DNA of 35,200 nt from Candidatus Nomurabacteria bacterium (GCA_943355135.1 CALREG010000002.1:1-35200), one strand, 5' to 3'. Shown: positions 1-10,123, counted from the stretch's first letter. Program-made: numbers and translations. Notes: a model not told the origin generated them from the sequence alone.

Positions 1-447
1 CTCCCAGCTTTTGTGTAAACTTTCTTTAATCCCAGCCCCTTCAATAATCTCAAAGCGCGCCATAGACAACCTGATTGCGACAATGATTCCCGGAACAACA
101 AGTAGGATGATGCCGCCCAGCACCGCAAGACCCGTAAGTATCGAGCTGCCGATGTACGGCCACAGTAATTTTGTCGGTGGTATGATGTCGCGATAGTGTG
201 TTGGCTTGCCCTGCACCAAATGCAGCGTGATGAGCGTTGCGCCTATGCCAAGTACCGTAACAAGTGCGTATAACACTACCGCAGCGACAAAACCCAACGC
301 GGTGCCATCAAGCACTTTTTCTACTATCGATCGCGCTACCTCAAGCGCGAGCAGTGTGAGCACTACTTTAAACACCAACGCACTGTGCGTGCGCGTAATG
401 TGCCAACCAAACTTCAACACTTCTTTTATAGAAAATATGTGTGTCAT
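1..447 (-). CDS. Polytopic membrane protein, partial (C-terminal end runs off the left edge)
   Basis: Absent from the ORF track because it is truncated by the window edge. Reverse-strand reading from ATG at 447 gives MTHIFSIKEVLKFGWHITRTHSALVFKVVLTLLALEVARSIVEKVLDGTALGFVAAVVLYALVTVLGIGATLITLHLVQGKPTHYRDIIPPTKLLWPYIGSSILTGLAVLGGIILLVVPGIIVAIRLSMARFEIIEGAGIKESLHKSWE, open to base 1. Several hydrophobic helices. Confidence 0.6.
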   Translation of the reverse strand, partial: MTHIFSIKEVLKFGWHITRTHSALVFKVVLTLLALEVARSIVEKVLDGTALGFVAAVVLYALVTVLGIGATLITLHLVQGKPTHYRDIIPPTKLLWPYIGSSILTGLAVLGGIILLVVPGIIVAIRLSMARFEIIEGAGIKESLHKSWE

Positions 448-454
448 GGGTTGA

Positions 455-460
455 ATTATA
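455..460 (-). promoter_or_regulatory. -10 box TATAAT, 7 nt upstream of ATG 447 (leaderless-type)
   Basis: Minus strand reads GATATAATtcaacccATG. The box overlaps the stop codon of the upstream ORF. Confidence 0.45.
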
Positions 461-986
461 TCATTTTTAGCTTTTGAATGGAGCCAAGTATTTGCCGTCT
501 TAGATCGGTACCTGAGCGCACCTTAACTCTCAGAGTTCCATAGTGGACTGACTCATTACCATACACTCTTTTATGAGCAGTTTTTATGAGGCTTGTTTTC
601 GTAAATTGATTTAGGGGTACCCTTGTAAGACGACTCCAGTAACGCTCCACTTCTACAACCCTAGAGAGATGCGATCCGTTTATACTTACGCGCAAAATAA
701 GCTTATCGGGAGAAACTTTATACACACGCCAAAGCCACTCTATAAAAAAGCGGATCATGACTGGATCACTGTTCGTAAAGCCTAACTCTTGACTCAGTCC
801 TTTGTATCCTTCTCCCCAATACAATGCCAAGCCAGCAATAAACAAATCCCTTCTAGAAAGTTTACCAACGGCCGTCATTCCTAGTTTTCCTAAACGCTTT
901 TCTTTTTGAACACGATCTGTATGTTTTTGCCGCGACGCCGCTCGTAAGGCTGCCAATGTGTTTGGATGAGTAACAGGTAGTTGCAT
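456..986 (-). CDS. LAGLIDADG-like homing endonuclease, single-motif, free-standing (176 aa)
   Basis: ORF 456..1097 trimmed to the internal ATG at 986, because the extension overlaps tRNA exon 1. Motif FIAGLALYWGEGYK followed by ELGFTNSDPVMIRFFIEWLWRVYKV resembles the LAGLIDADG helix plus beta-sheet layout. Size is similar to I-CreI-type homodimeric enzymes. Confidence 0.55.
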   Translation of the reverse strand: MQLPVTHPNTLAALRAASRQKHTDRVQKEKRLGKLGMTAVGKLSRRDLFIAGLALYWGEGYKGLSQELGFTNSDPVMIRFFIEWLWRVYKVSPDKLILRVSINGSHLSRVVEVERYWSRLTRVPLNQFTKTSLIKTAHKRVYGNESVHYGTLRVKVRSGTDLRRQILGSIQKLKMI

Positions 987-997
987 ACTATATTGAT

Positions 998-1003
998 AGT
1001 ATA
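998..1003 (-). promoter_or_regulatory. -10 box TATACT for the LAGLIDADG-like ORF
   Basis: Minus strand reads TTTTATACTatcaatatagtATG, 11 nt before the ATG. Confidence 0.35.
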
Positions 1004-1040
1004 AAAAACTCCTGTGCTTGCGCAAGAATAACCTTGTGGA

Positions 1041-1046
1041 TATACT
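1041..1046 (+). promoter_or_regulatory. -10 box TATACT, 6 nt upstream of tRNA position 1
   Basis: GTGGATATACTcttggg followed by A1053, the first tRNA nucleotide. Confidence 0.45.
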
Positions 1047-1052
1047 CTTGGG

Positions 1053-1345
1053 AGCGGGGTGGAGCAGTAGTAGCTCGTCAGGCTCAATTGGGCTCACTCA
1101 GCAGGAACGCTAAGTGGAATATCTGTCAAAGTCGGTGAAATCTCACTCGCTAGCGCGAACTGACAATACCGAGCCAAGCCTCTTAGAGAGGAAGGTGTAG
1201 AGACTAGACGGCAGATTCCCTATCTCTGCTCTGCAGAAAGGGAAAAGGTATAGTCCAGACCACAAATCCATTAATTAGTGGAACAGCGAAAGCTGTAGCG
1301 GTATGCATAACCTGAAGGTCGCAGGTGCAATTCCTGCCCCCGCAA
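1053..1345 (+). tRNA. tRNA-Met(CAU), initiator-type, interrupted by a group I intron (exons 1053-1084 and 1306-1345)
   Basis: The joined exons give a 72-nt cloverleaf. Acceptor AGCGGGG/CCCCGCA has a 1:72 A-A mismatch and the A11:U24 pair is present. Anticodon stem is UCAGG/CCUGA with loop CUCAUAA. Strong resemblance to E. coli tRNA-fMet as I remember it. No encoded CCA. Confidence 0.85.
1085..1305 (+). ncRNA. Group I intron (IC3-like, bacterial tRNA-intron type), 221 nt, no internal ORF
   Basis: Core blocks GTCAAAGTCGGTGAAA (1125-1140), CCGAGCCAAGCC (1169-1180), GAAGGTGTAGAGACTAGACGGCA (1191-1213) and CAGCGAAAGCTG (1284-1295) match remembered Azoarcus and Anabaena tRNA introns. The 5' exon ends in U1084 and the intron ends in G1305. 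A 4-bp P1 (GGCU 1081-1084 with GGCU 1091-1094) has U.G at the splice site. Confidence 0.85.
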
Positions 1346-1353
1346 CACGAAAT

Positions 1354-1384
1354 GAAAGAATCCCGCACAAGGCGGGATTCTTTC
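1354..1384. terminator. Bidirectional hairpin terminator between the tRNA and the convergent ORF
   Basis: Perfect 13-bp stem GAAAGAATCCCGC / GCGGGATTCTTTC with loop ACAAG. Confidence 0.65.
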
Positions 1385-1398
1385 GTGCAGGAATTGCA

Positions 1399-1908
1399 CT
1401 ACTCTTGTTTAAAGCCGGGGAAGTCGGCACAAGAATTTGCGTCCTCGGAAGCCTCCGAAAATGTACCCCTACCACCCATGCTATCCAAGCAATAGTAGTT
1501 GTTGGTCTTAAGCGGTGAGACAAACATGTATTTAGTTTGAGAAGCGTAGCAGCCAAAGCGTGACGAGTCGCCTGTTGAAGCCTCCGCGGCAAGGCCTAAC
1601 TCCTGCACTACTGTTTGATTTTGACAAATACCGGAGTAGTCCGAGCCCATATCTTCCACCACGATAGTTGCGGCTTTTACATGGTTGATAATCGCTTCAT
1701 TTTCCTGCACCAATCCCCGAGCACCATCGAGAGACACTAGAGTAAGGGCGCCAAAAAACACCACTCCTATAAGGACCGCGGTAACAACAATACCGATGAG
1801 TAGCTTTACCCACCATGGCCACTTGGCTTTAGGTTGCACCGTTGAGGCAGGAGGTTGATTATTAGAAAGTGGAGATTGCGGCGCACCTGGAACAATATTT
1901 GGAGGCAT
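1399..1908 (-). CDS. Hypothetical single-pass membrane protein with Cys-containing extracytoplasmic domain
   Basis: ORF 1399..1950 begins with GTG; the first ATG is at 1908 (MPPNIVPG...). Pro-rich N-terminus and TM helix WWVKLLIGIVVTAVLIGVVFFGALTLV. The start codon is uncertain. Confidence 0.6.
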   Translation of the reverse strand: MPPNIVPGAPQSPLSNNQPPASTVQPKAKWPWWVKLLIGIVVTAVLIGVVFFGALTLVSLDGARGLVQENEAIINHVKAATIVVEDMGSDYSGICQNQTVVQELGLAAEASTGDSSRFGCYASQTKYMFVSPLKTNNYYCLDSMGGRGTFSEASEDANSCADFPGFKQE

Positions 1909-1966
1909 ATAAAAATGGTTACCTTTATAAATATGCTGAAAGTGTACCACACGATGAAAGCACGAT

Positions 1967-2554
1967 TTAAATAGCGCCTAATTCTTCAAACACGCGTTTG
2001 TAGTAGTCTATTGCCGTTCGTGTATCGCGTTCGGTCAGCGCGTAGGATTCGCCGCCGTGGGCGATTTCGTTGCGCACTTTGTGCGCCTTCCACGCCAAAT
2101 CGAGCGTCGTCATTTGTATCGGATTGGCCATCTTCAGCTGCTCCCCCACTCCCGCACCCGCATATCCTTGAGTCTTCAGTACATCTGAAAGCATGATGTC
2201 GGCCTCGAGTATCGCGCGGCGCCAGTCGCTCTGGTTGCCAGACGACGCAAGTTTGACGATATGCTCCCAGCGTTCATTTTTGCCGGTGGACTCCACCTCT
2301 GCATCATGATGTTCATGCACATGTGCCTCCATTGTATGAAAGCCCGCGTGTTCAGTCTGGAGAAGCCGTATCTGCGCGTACACCGCGAGTATAAGAAATA
2401 CGAGCGACGCAAACATGCCCAATATAAAAATATAGGTCACCAGCGTGCCTGCAAATGCGGGGATACTAAAAGACGCGCTGTGTACGCTGAGCGCTACGTC
2501 TTGAAGCTTCACGAGGAAGTACTCGAGATTGAGATAATCGACGCTATTGTGCAT
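1967..2554 (-). CDS. Membrane-anchored protein with C-terminal HEPN-like Rx4H motif
   Basis: 195-aa ORF with a TM segment (AFAGTLVTYIFILGMFASLVFLILAVYA), a His-rich linker, and a helical C-terminal domain containing AWKAHKVRNEIAHGG. Confidence 0.65.
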   Translation of the reverse strand: MHNSVDYLNLEYFLVKLQDVALSVHSASFSIPAFAGTLVTYIFILGMFASLVFLILAVYAQIRLLQTEHAGFHTMEAHVHEHHDAEVESTGKNERWEHIVKLASSGNQSDWRRAILEADIMLSDVLKTQGYAGAGVGEQLKMANPIQMTTLDLAWKAHKVRNEIAHGGESYALTERDTRTAIDYYKRVFEELGAI

Positions 2555-2560
2555 TACCTC

Positions 2561-3967
2561 TTATTGTAGCTCACGTCCGACACTAAAGAGTGTAGGCTCG
2601 TCCCCATGCGCAACAGTAAGTTGGATACCAACGGGCAGCTCCTTTCCATCGCGCGCCACGGTGCCCATCGGTACCGACAGTGCCGGATTGCCGGTCAGAT
2701 TGGCCGTAACCGTAAAGATATCGAGCAAGTACATAGCCAGCGGGTCGGATTTCTCTCCTAGGGTAAATGCAGGCGATGGTGTGGTCGGAGTAACTATTGC
2801 ATCTACCTCTTGGAGCGCGCGTGCACACTCTTCTGCAAGTACTTTGCGTGCAGCAATTGCCTTGCCATAGTAAGCGTCGTAATAGCCAGCGGAGAGCACG
2901 TAGGTCCCGAGCATAATCCGGCGGCGCACCTCTGGACCAAAACCCTCTTTGCGCGAGTGCGCGTAGTCATCAATGAGCGAGTCGCCTTTGAGTGACAGTC
3001 CGTAGCGCACTCCGTCAAAGCGCGCAAGGTTGCTTGAGGCCTCTGCGGGCATGATGATGTAGTAGAGCGCAAGTGCGAGAGGAGCAGAAGGCAATTCTAT
3101 ATCAACGAGCGCGTACCCGGCGGACTCCAACTTTTTGAGCGCTGCTTCAAAATGTTCCAACACATCTTGCTCTATACCCTCTTTGAGCAGGTGGCGTGGC
3201 ACACCTATCTTCTTTTTTGCAACGCGTGCAGGATAAGTGGCAGCATCTATAGAAGTACTGTCCAGCGAATCTTTGCCGCGGATTGTTTCAAATATAAGTT
3301 GCGCGTCTTCTACCGTTTTTGCCAAAGGGCCTATCTGGTCGAGCGAGGAACCCATGGCCATAAGCCCCGAGCGCGACACCGCGCCATACGTGGGCTTCAT
3401 CCCTACAATGCCGCAGAAAGCGGCCGGCTCCCGCACCGAGCCTCCGGTGTCGCTCCCCAACGCACCGAGCGCCAAGTGTCCTGCAACCGCCGCAGCAGAT
3501 CCGCCAGAAGAGCCGCCGGTCACGCGCGAAGGATCGTGCGGATTTTTTGCGGCGCCGAAGGCCGAGTTTTCATTGCTGCCACCCATCGCAAACTCATCCA
3601 TGTTGGCGCGGCCAATAAATACCGCTCCAGCAATTTTAAGTTTTTGTATGGCGGTTGCGTCATAGCTGGCGACATAATTCTCAAGCATCTTACTTGCCGC
3701 AGACACCTTGCGCCCTTCTATTAAAATATTGTCCTTGATTGCCAGAGGAATGCCGAGCAAGGGGTGGCTCTCTCCTGCGGCTCTTCGCTCATCGCATACG
3801 CGCGCTTGCTCGCGCGCATCAGCAAATACTTCCAAAAAAGTATTAAGTGAAGGATTTTTCTTTTCAATCTCTGAGAGGCACGCTTCCGTAAGTTGCACCG
3901 AGGTAATTTCGCCCGCGGCGAGCTTTTTAGATGCTTCTACTATAGTGAGCTCATTGAGGTTACTCAT
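2561..3967 (-). CDS. gatA: Asp/Glu-tRNA(Asn/Gln) amidotransferase subunit A
   Basis: 468 aa with the amidase signature GGSSGGSAAAVA. Typical GatA N-terminus and an 8-nt overlap with gatC. Confidence 0.95.
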   Translation of the reverse strand: MSNLNELTIVEASKKLAAGEITSVQLTEACLSEIEKKNPSLNTFLEVFADAREQARVCDERRAAGESHPLLGIPLAIKDNILIEGRKVSAASKMLENYVASYDATAIQKLKIAGAVFIGRANMDEFAMGGSNENSAFGAAKNPHDPSRVTGGSSGGSAAAVAGHLALGALGSDTGGSVREPAAFCGIVGMKPTYGAVSRSGLMAMGSSLDQIGPLAKTVEDAQLIFETIRGKDSLDSTSIDAATYPARVAKKKIGVPRHLLKEGIEQDVLEHFEAALKKLESAGYALVDIELPSAPLALALYYIIMPAEASSNLARFDGVRYGLSLKGDSLIDDYAHSRKEGFGPEVRRRIMLGTYVLSAGYYDAYYGKAIAARKVLAEECARALQEVDAIVTPTTPSPAFTLGEKSDPLAMYLLDIFTVTANLTGNPALSVPMGTVARDGKELPVGIQLTVAHGDEPTLFSVGRELQ

Positions 3968-4277
3968 CTTTTTGAATTATTTTGCGCACAACATTGTGGT
4001 CGCCCACGCGCGTAGGGAATGCGCTTCGAAGCACCTCTTCTTTGTCCGCCATCAAATCGCCTCCTGCTCGCGGCGTGTCTGCACGCATGATATTACGCAC
4101 CAAAGCTGGAGGTAATTCCTCCGCCGTAGTGGAGGTATTTCCTCCGGCAACGACAGACACCTGCCCCACATACGCCAAAATACTGGAAATATCCTTCTGT
4201 AAGGATTCAACCTCTGCCTCCTCTACCTTCAGCCGAGCCAACTCAGCCAGCTTTAAAACCTCTTCGCGCGAAATCAT
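3960..4277 (-). CDS. gatC: Asp/Glu-tRNA(Asn/Gln) amidotransferase subunit C
   Basis: 105 aa starting MISREEVLKLAELARLKVEEAEVESLQKDISSILAYV, a typical GatC sequence. Sits directly upstream of gatA. Confidence 0.9.
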   Translation of the reverse strand: MISREEVLKLAELARLKVEEAEVESLQKDISSILAYVGQVSVVAGGNTSTTAEELPPALVRNIMRADTPRAGGDLMADKEEVLRSAFPTRVGDHNVVRKIIQKDE

Positions 4278-4292
4278 GGGGTTTATAGTACC

Positions 4293-6860
<2,568 letters not shown>

Positions 6861-6870
<10 letters not shown>

Positions 6871-7454
6871 AAATATATATTTTCGCGCATGGTGATAGGC
6901 ACGCGGGTCACACCGGCAATATCGCTCCAGGAAACCGTGACGGTCACAACCGCTTCGTCGGGAGTGGTATTGGTTATTTTGACCGTACGTACAAAGCGCG
7001 CAGTAGTCGGCGCCAGCGTAGTTGATTCGGACCGGCCATCAAGATAGGTAAATTGCTTGGCCATTTTGTCGTAATACAGTACGGGACATCCGGCAACATC
7101 ACAGACTGTTGCCTGCGTAGGATGTAACCCGAGCGAGTCGAAGTGGCACCCGCTTGCACTAAAACACACTCCTGCCCAAGCACTCCCATCCCAGAGCCCA
7201 AGTTCAGCCAACCACAAATCGACCGTACAGGTGTCAGAGGACGCGAGACAATTGGAGTCGCGCAAAAAACGAATCTGCTCGATAGCATCTTGTGCCAAGT
7301 AAAATGCGGTGATCTGATTTTTAGCCACTAAGGTGGTCGTAAGACCTTTTGAGGCAATCGTAAGCGGGCCCACGATAGCGGTAGAAAGTAGGAGCACCGC
7401 AATGAGCGTCTCCATCAGGGTAAATCCGCTGTTTGTCATTTTTTTATTGATCAT
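6861..7454 (-). CDS. Type IV minor pilin (PilV/GspI-like)
   Basis: Prepilin motif NSG|FTLMETLIAVLLLS with Glu at +5. Confidence 0.8.
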
Positions 7455-8067
7455 ACAAGCGCTGTGTGACTGTCGTTTGAATGGTAGAGCTTGATACTTG
7501 CGTGCCGCTTACGAGAACTGAAGCGTCTATCATCAGGGTCACCTTTGGTTGCTGTGTCGCTACCGTGGCTCCGGTCACATATATCGCCAACGTTTTGATT
7601 AAAACCTCCTCGGAGGTGATCGCAGCGAAGGTAACCCCATCTATTGAACGCAGAATGCTTGTGCCTGTAGTGGAGCAGGTTGAACCGTTGCCGAGACAGT
7701 AGTAGATGGTACGGTTGTCCGCAGAAAGAAAGGCTATTGATGTTGCGGGCGATGAGCAATCACGTGCAGCGGTCACGGGCGGCGATGTCTGAGTAATATC
7801 ACAATGATATGCCTGCCCCGTACGAATAGCACGTGACATAGAGTCAACCGCGAAATTGAGATTGTTGATAACCGATTTAAGTGTCTGCGCTTTCCGGTCG
7901 CTCTCCGACATAGACAGCAGGGCGCCGAGCGCGATGGTCATTGAGATAGAAAAAATTGCCACCGACACCATCATTTCTACAAGAGTAAACCCCGTTAGAG
8001 AAGTAGTTCGTTTTTTACTATGCAGGTTAGATTTTTTCTCTAACGGGGTAAATCCGCGATTTTTCAT
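7444..8067 (-). CDS. Type IV minor pilin (PilW/GspJ-like) with an unusually long leader
   Basis: Prepilin motif LTG|FTLVEMMVSVAIFS. ATG 8067 lies 1 nt after the upstream stop codon; the ORF is also open to 8082. Confidence 0.8.
   Translation of the reverse strand: MKNRGFTPLEKKSNLHSKKRTTSLTGFTLVEMMVSVAIFSISMTIALGALLSMSESDRKAQTLKSVINNLNFAVDSMSRAIRTGQAYHCDITQTSPPVTAARDCSSPATSIAFLSADNRTIYYCLGNGSTCSTTGTSILRSIDGVTFAAITSEEVLIKTLAIYVTGATVATQQPKVTLMIDASVLVSGTQVSSSTIQTTVTQRLYDQ
7989..8049. repeat. Perfect 14-bp inverted repeat inside the minor-pilin leader region
   Basis: ACCCCGTTAGAGAA (7989-8002) and TTCTCTAACGGGGT (8036-8049), separated by 33 nt. Confidence 0.9.
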
Positions 8068-8068
8068 A

Positions 8069-8782
8069 TCAACAAGTGGCAAGCGCGGCAGGAGTATTAA
8101 GATTTGGTTTGCAGATAGCGATCTGTCCTGTGTCGGTGATTTTTATACTACGGGTGTCGGTATTTCCGTTTGAACCCAATACCACATACGCAGAATTGTA
8201 TATGGGCGTACCGGTAGGGCTGCACAGCGTTGGCTGGACGCTGGTAGAAATGCAAGCCTCAGGGTTAGGCCGACGAAAGAATACTGTGAGCGTCATAGCA
8301 TTATCACATACCGGGTCAGCAGAACCGATGCGGGTACACACTTGGTTGAGTTTGTAGCCCTGACCAAACGTAAACGGCGACGGAGGCTTTAGGTCTTCGG
8401 TACCATCAGCCGCACGCGTGCCGTCGTTGCCGGCACCGGAGGAGGGGTCATAAAACAAATAGTACTGATACGGTGCGGAATTCGGCGGAAATTGTATGCC
8501 GTATCCGTTACCAAAGGTGACCGAGCCTGCAGACACAAAGCCGCGTACCGAGGTGCCGTATACTTGCGCCTGTCGAACAGAGAGCGCCACACTGTACGTA
8601 AGGCTGCGCAAGAGTGTAGAGCTATTAAACTTTGCCTGCTGAAAGAGTGTAAACGCTGTAATGACGAGCATGATGGAGGACACAACCAAAAGCTCTATAA
8701 GCGTAAAACCTTCTTTGCCGGAAGACGAGCCGGATGAGAGCTTAGAGAAACAGCGCCGAAATATTTTGAAAAAAATCAACAT
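8069..8782 (-). CDS. Type IV pilin-like protein (GspH/FimT-like)
   Basis: Prepilin motif KEG|[14 protein letters not shown]. The ORF is open to 8839; the ATG at 8782 overlaps the pilD 3' end by 41 nt. Confidence 0.75.
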   Translation of the reverse strand: MLIFFKIFRRCFSKLSSGSSSGKEGFTLIELLVVSSIMLVITAFTLFQQAKFNSSTLLRSLTYSVALSVRQAQVYGTSVRGFVSAGSVTFGNGYGIQFPPNSAPYQYYLFYDPSSGAGNDGTRAADGTEDLKPPSPFTFGQGYKLNQVCTRIGSADPVCDNAMTLTVFFRRPNPEACISTSVQPTLCSPTGTPIYNSAYVVLGSNGNTDTRSIKITDTGQIAICKPNLNTPAALATC

Positions 8783-9497
8783 TGAGAAAGTAAGCACACG
8801 CCGCTCCCGCGACCAGAAACGGGGCGAAGGGCACCTCACTCTTTATTGTATATCGCTTACTGAGCAGGAGGAGGACGATGCCCACAGACGCGCCTATCCA
8901 AAAAGCCAACACTACCGCCGTTAGTCCGGCTGTAAGCCCCAACAGCCACCCCACCCCAAGCCCGAGCGGCGCATCCCCCCACCCCATCCATGTACCCCTC
9001 GAGATGAGGGCGAGTAAAAAGAAAGGTAGAGCAGTGGCTGGTCCTGCAACAAATGCAACCATTGATGGTTCAACAAGGTATATCTGTACTAGTGCAAGCC
9101 CCGAGAGCAGAAAGAGTGCTGACCATGGCAAAATCTGGTGCCTCAGGTCGTAGACAGCCAAAAAAAGGAGCACAAACCAACTACACAGAGCTAGTGCGGA
9201 ATAAAGAGAGATGCCGAGTTCGAGATATATACCGACCGCAAGTACGGTGCCGAGCAGCTCAACTAGCGGATACTGCCATGACACTTTACTGTGGCAGTAA
9301 CGGCACTTCCCCCGCAAAAAAAGATACGACAGTATGGGTACCAGATCGATTGCGGAGAGCGTGTGGCCGCATTGCATGCAGGAAGAGCGTCCGCGCAACA
9401 CACTGCGACCCGTATTGTAGCGAAACAAGAGTGCATTAAGAAAGCTGCCGAGTATGGCGCCCAAAAACGCGGCGGCGAATATCGGCAGATACTCCAT
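8742..9497 (-). CDS. pilD: Prepilin peptidase (A24 family)
   Basis: MEYLPIFAAAFLGAILGSFLNALLFRY, then CMQCGH...CRYCH and a polytopic C-terminus. The start ATG overlaps the upstream TAA (TAATG). Confidence 0.9.
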   Translation of the reverse strand: MEYLPIFAAAFLGAILGSFLNALLFRYNTGRSVLRGRSSCMQCGHTLSAIDLVPILSYLFLRGKCRYCHSKVSWQYPLVELLGTVLAVGIYLELGISLYSALALCSWFVLLFLAVYDLRHQILPWSALFLLSGLALVQIYLVEPSMVAFVAGPATALPFFLLALISRGTWMGWGDAPLGLGVGWLLGLTAGLTAVVLAFWIGASVGIVLLLLSKRYTIKSEVPFAPFLVAGAACAYFLNVDFFQNISALFL

Positions 9498-10123
9498 TAC
9501 GGCGTCAGATCGTAACAGTTGGTTTCGGTTACCGCTGTGGTACCAACACAACTTGGAGCGGTGCCGTCAAAATTTGCGGTTGGAGAGAGGCCATTGCTAC
9601 AACTAAGGTAGGTGGCACCATACGGGACCGAGAGGTTAGCGCTAGCATCTACGTCTTGTGTGGCAAGCGCGGTGTTGGTCGTATCTTCAAAGGCAGCGCC
9701 GAGGTGATAGAGAATAGGGAGATTGGTCGTGTTACATAGTCCGCTTCCTGCTGTAGTGTACGCATTATAGCGATAGCATCCGATGTTGGCTGCGGCGTTT
9801 GCCGCAGAGGTCGCACACTCAGCCCCTGTGCCAGTTGCTTTTGGATCACGCGGCACCACCGGCAAGTAAGTCGGTGAAAGCCCGCTGTCAGGCGCAGCTC
9901 CTGCTGGTGCATAGATATTTTTAGGATACATACCGTTGTCGTTGTAGTAGAGCGACAGCGCCAATTGGATAGTTTTTAAGTCGGCCACCCGTTTTGAATC
10001 GCGCGCTTTTTGTCTGGCGCTGCTTACCGAGACCATAATAATCCCCATCAACATGGAGATAATGGCGATGACCACCAAAAGCTCAATAAGAGTAAACCCA
10101 ATACCGCCTGTACGTCGTTTCAT
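9497..10123 (-). CDS. Type IV pilin / PulG-like pseudopilin
   Basis: GIG|[16 protein letters not shown] followed by ARQKARDSKRVADLKTIQLAL, a typical GspG-like N-domain. Confidence 0.85.
   Translation of the reverse strand: MKRRTGGIGFTLIELLVVIAIISMLMGIIMVSVSSARQKARDSKRVADLKTIQLALSLYYNDNGMYPKNIYAPAGAAPDSGLSPTYLPVVPRDPKATGTGAECATSAANAAANIGCYRYNAYTTAGSGLCNTTNLPILYHLGAAFEDTTNTALATQDVDASANLSVPYGATYLSCSNGLSPTANFDGTAPSCVGTTAVTETNCYDLTP

Noticed and set aside
11-454. Plus-strand ORFs 11..196 and 206..454
   Set aside because: They lie antisense to a continuous membrane-protein ORF on the minus strand (ATG 447, open to base 1), which has a promoter and a sensible hydrophobic pattern. The plus-strand products are low-complexity and begin with TTG.
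987-1097. N-terminal 37 codons of ORF 456..1097
   Set aside because: The extension runs through tRNA exon 1 and into the group I intron. The internal ATG at 986 has its own -10 box and leaves the LAGLIDADG-like domain intact.
1275-1592. ORFs 1275..1592 (-) and 1303..1518 (+)
   Set aside because: They overlap the intron 3' end, tRNA exon 2, the terminator hairpin and the better-supported ORF 1399..1908. The products are Arg/Ala/Pro-rich with no features.
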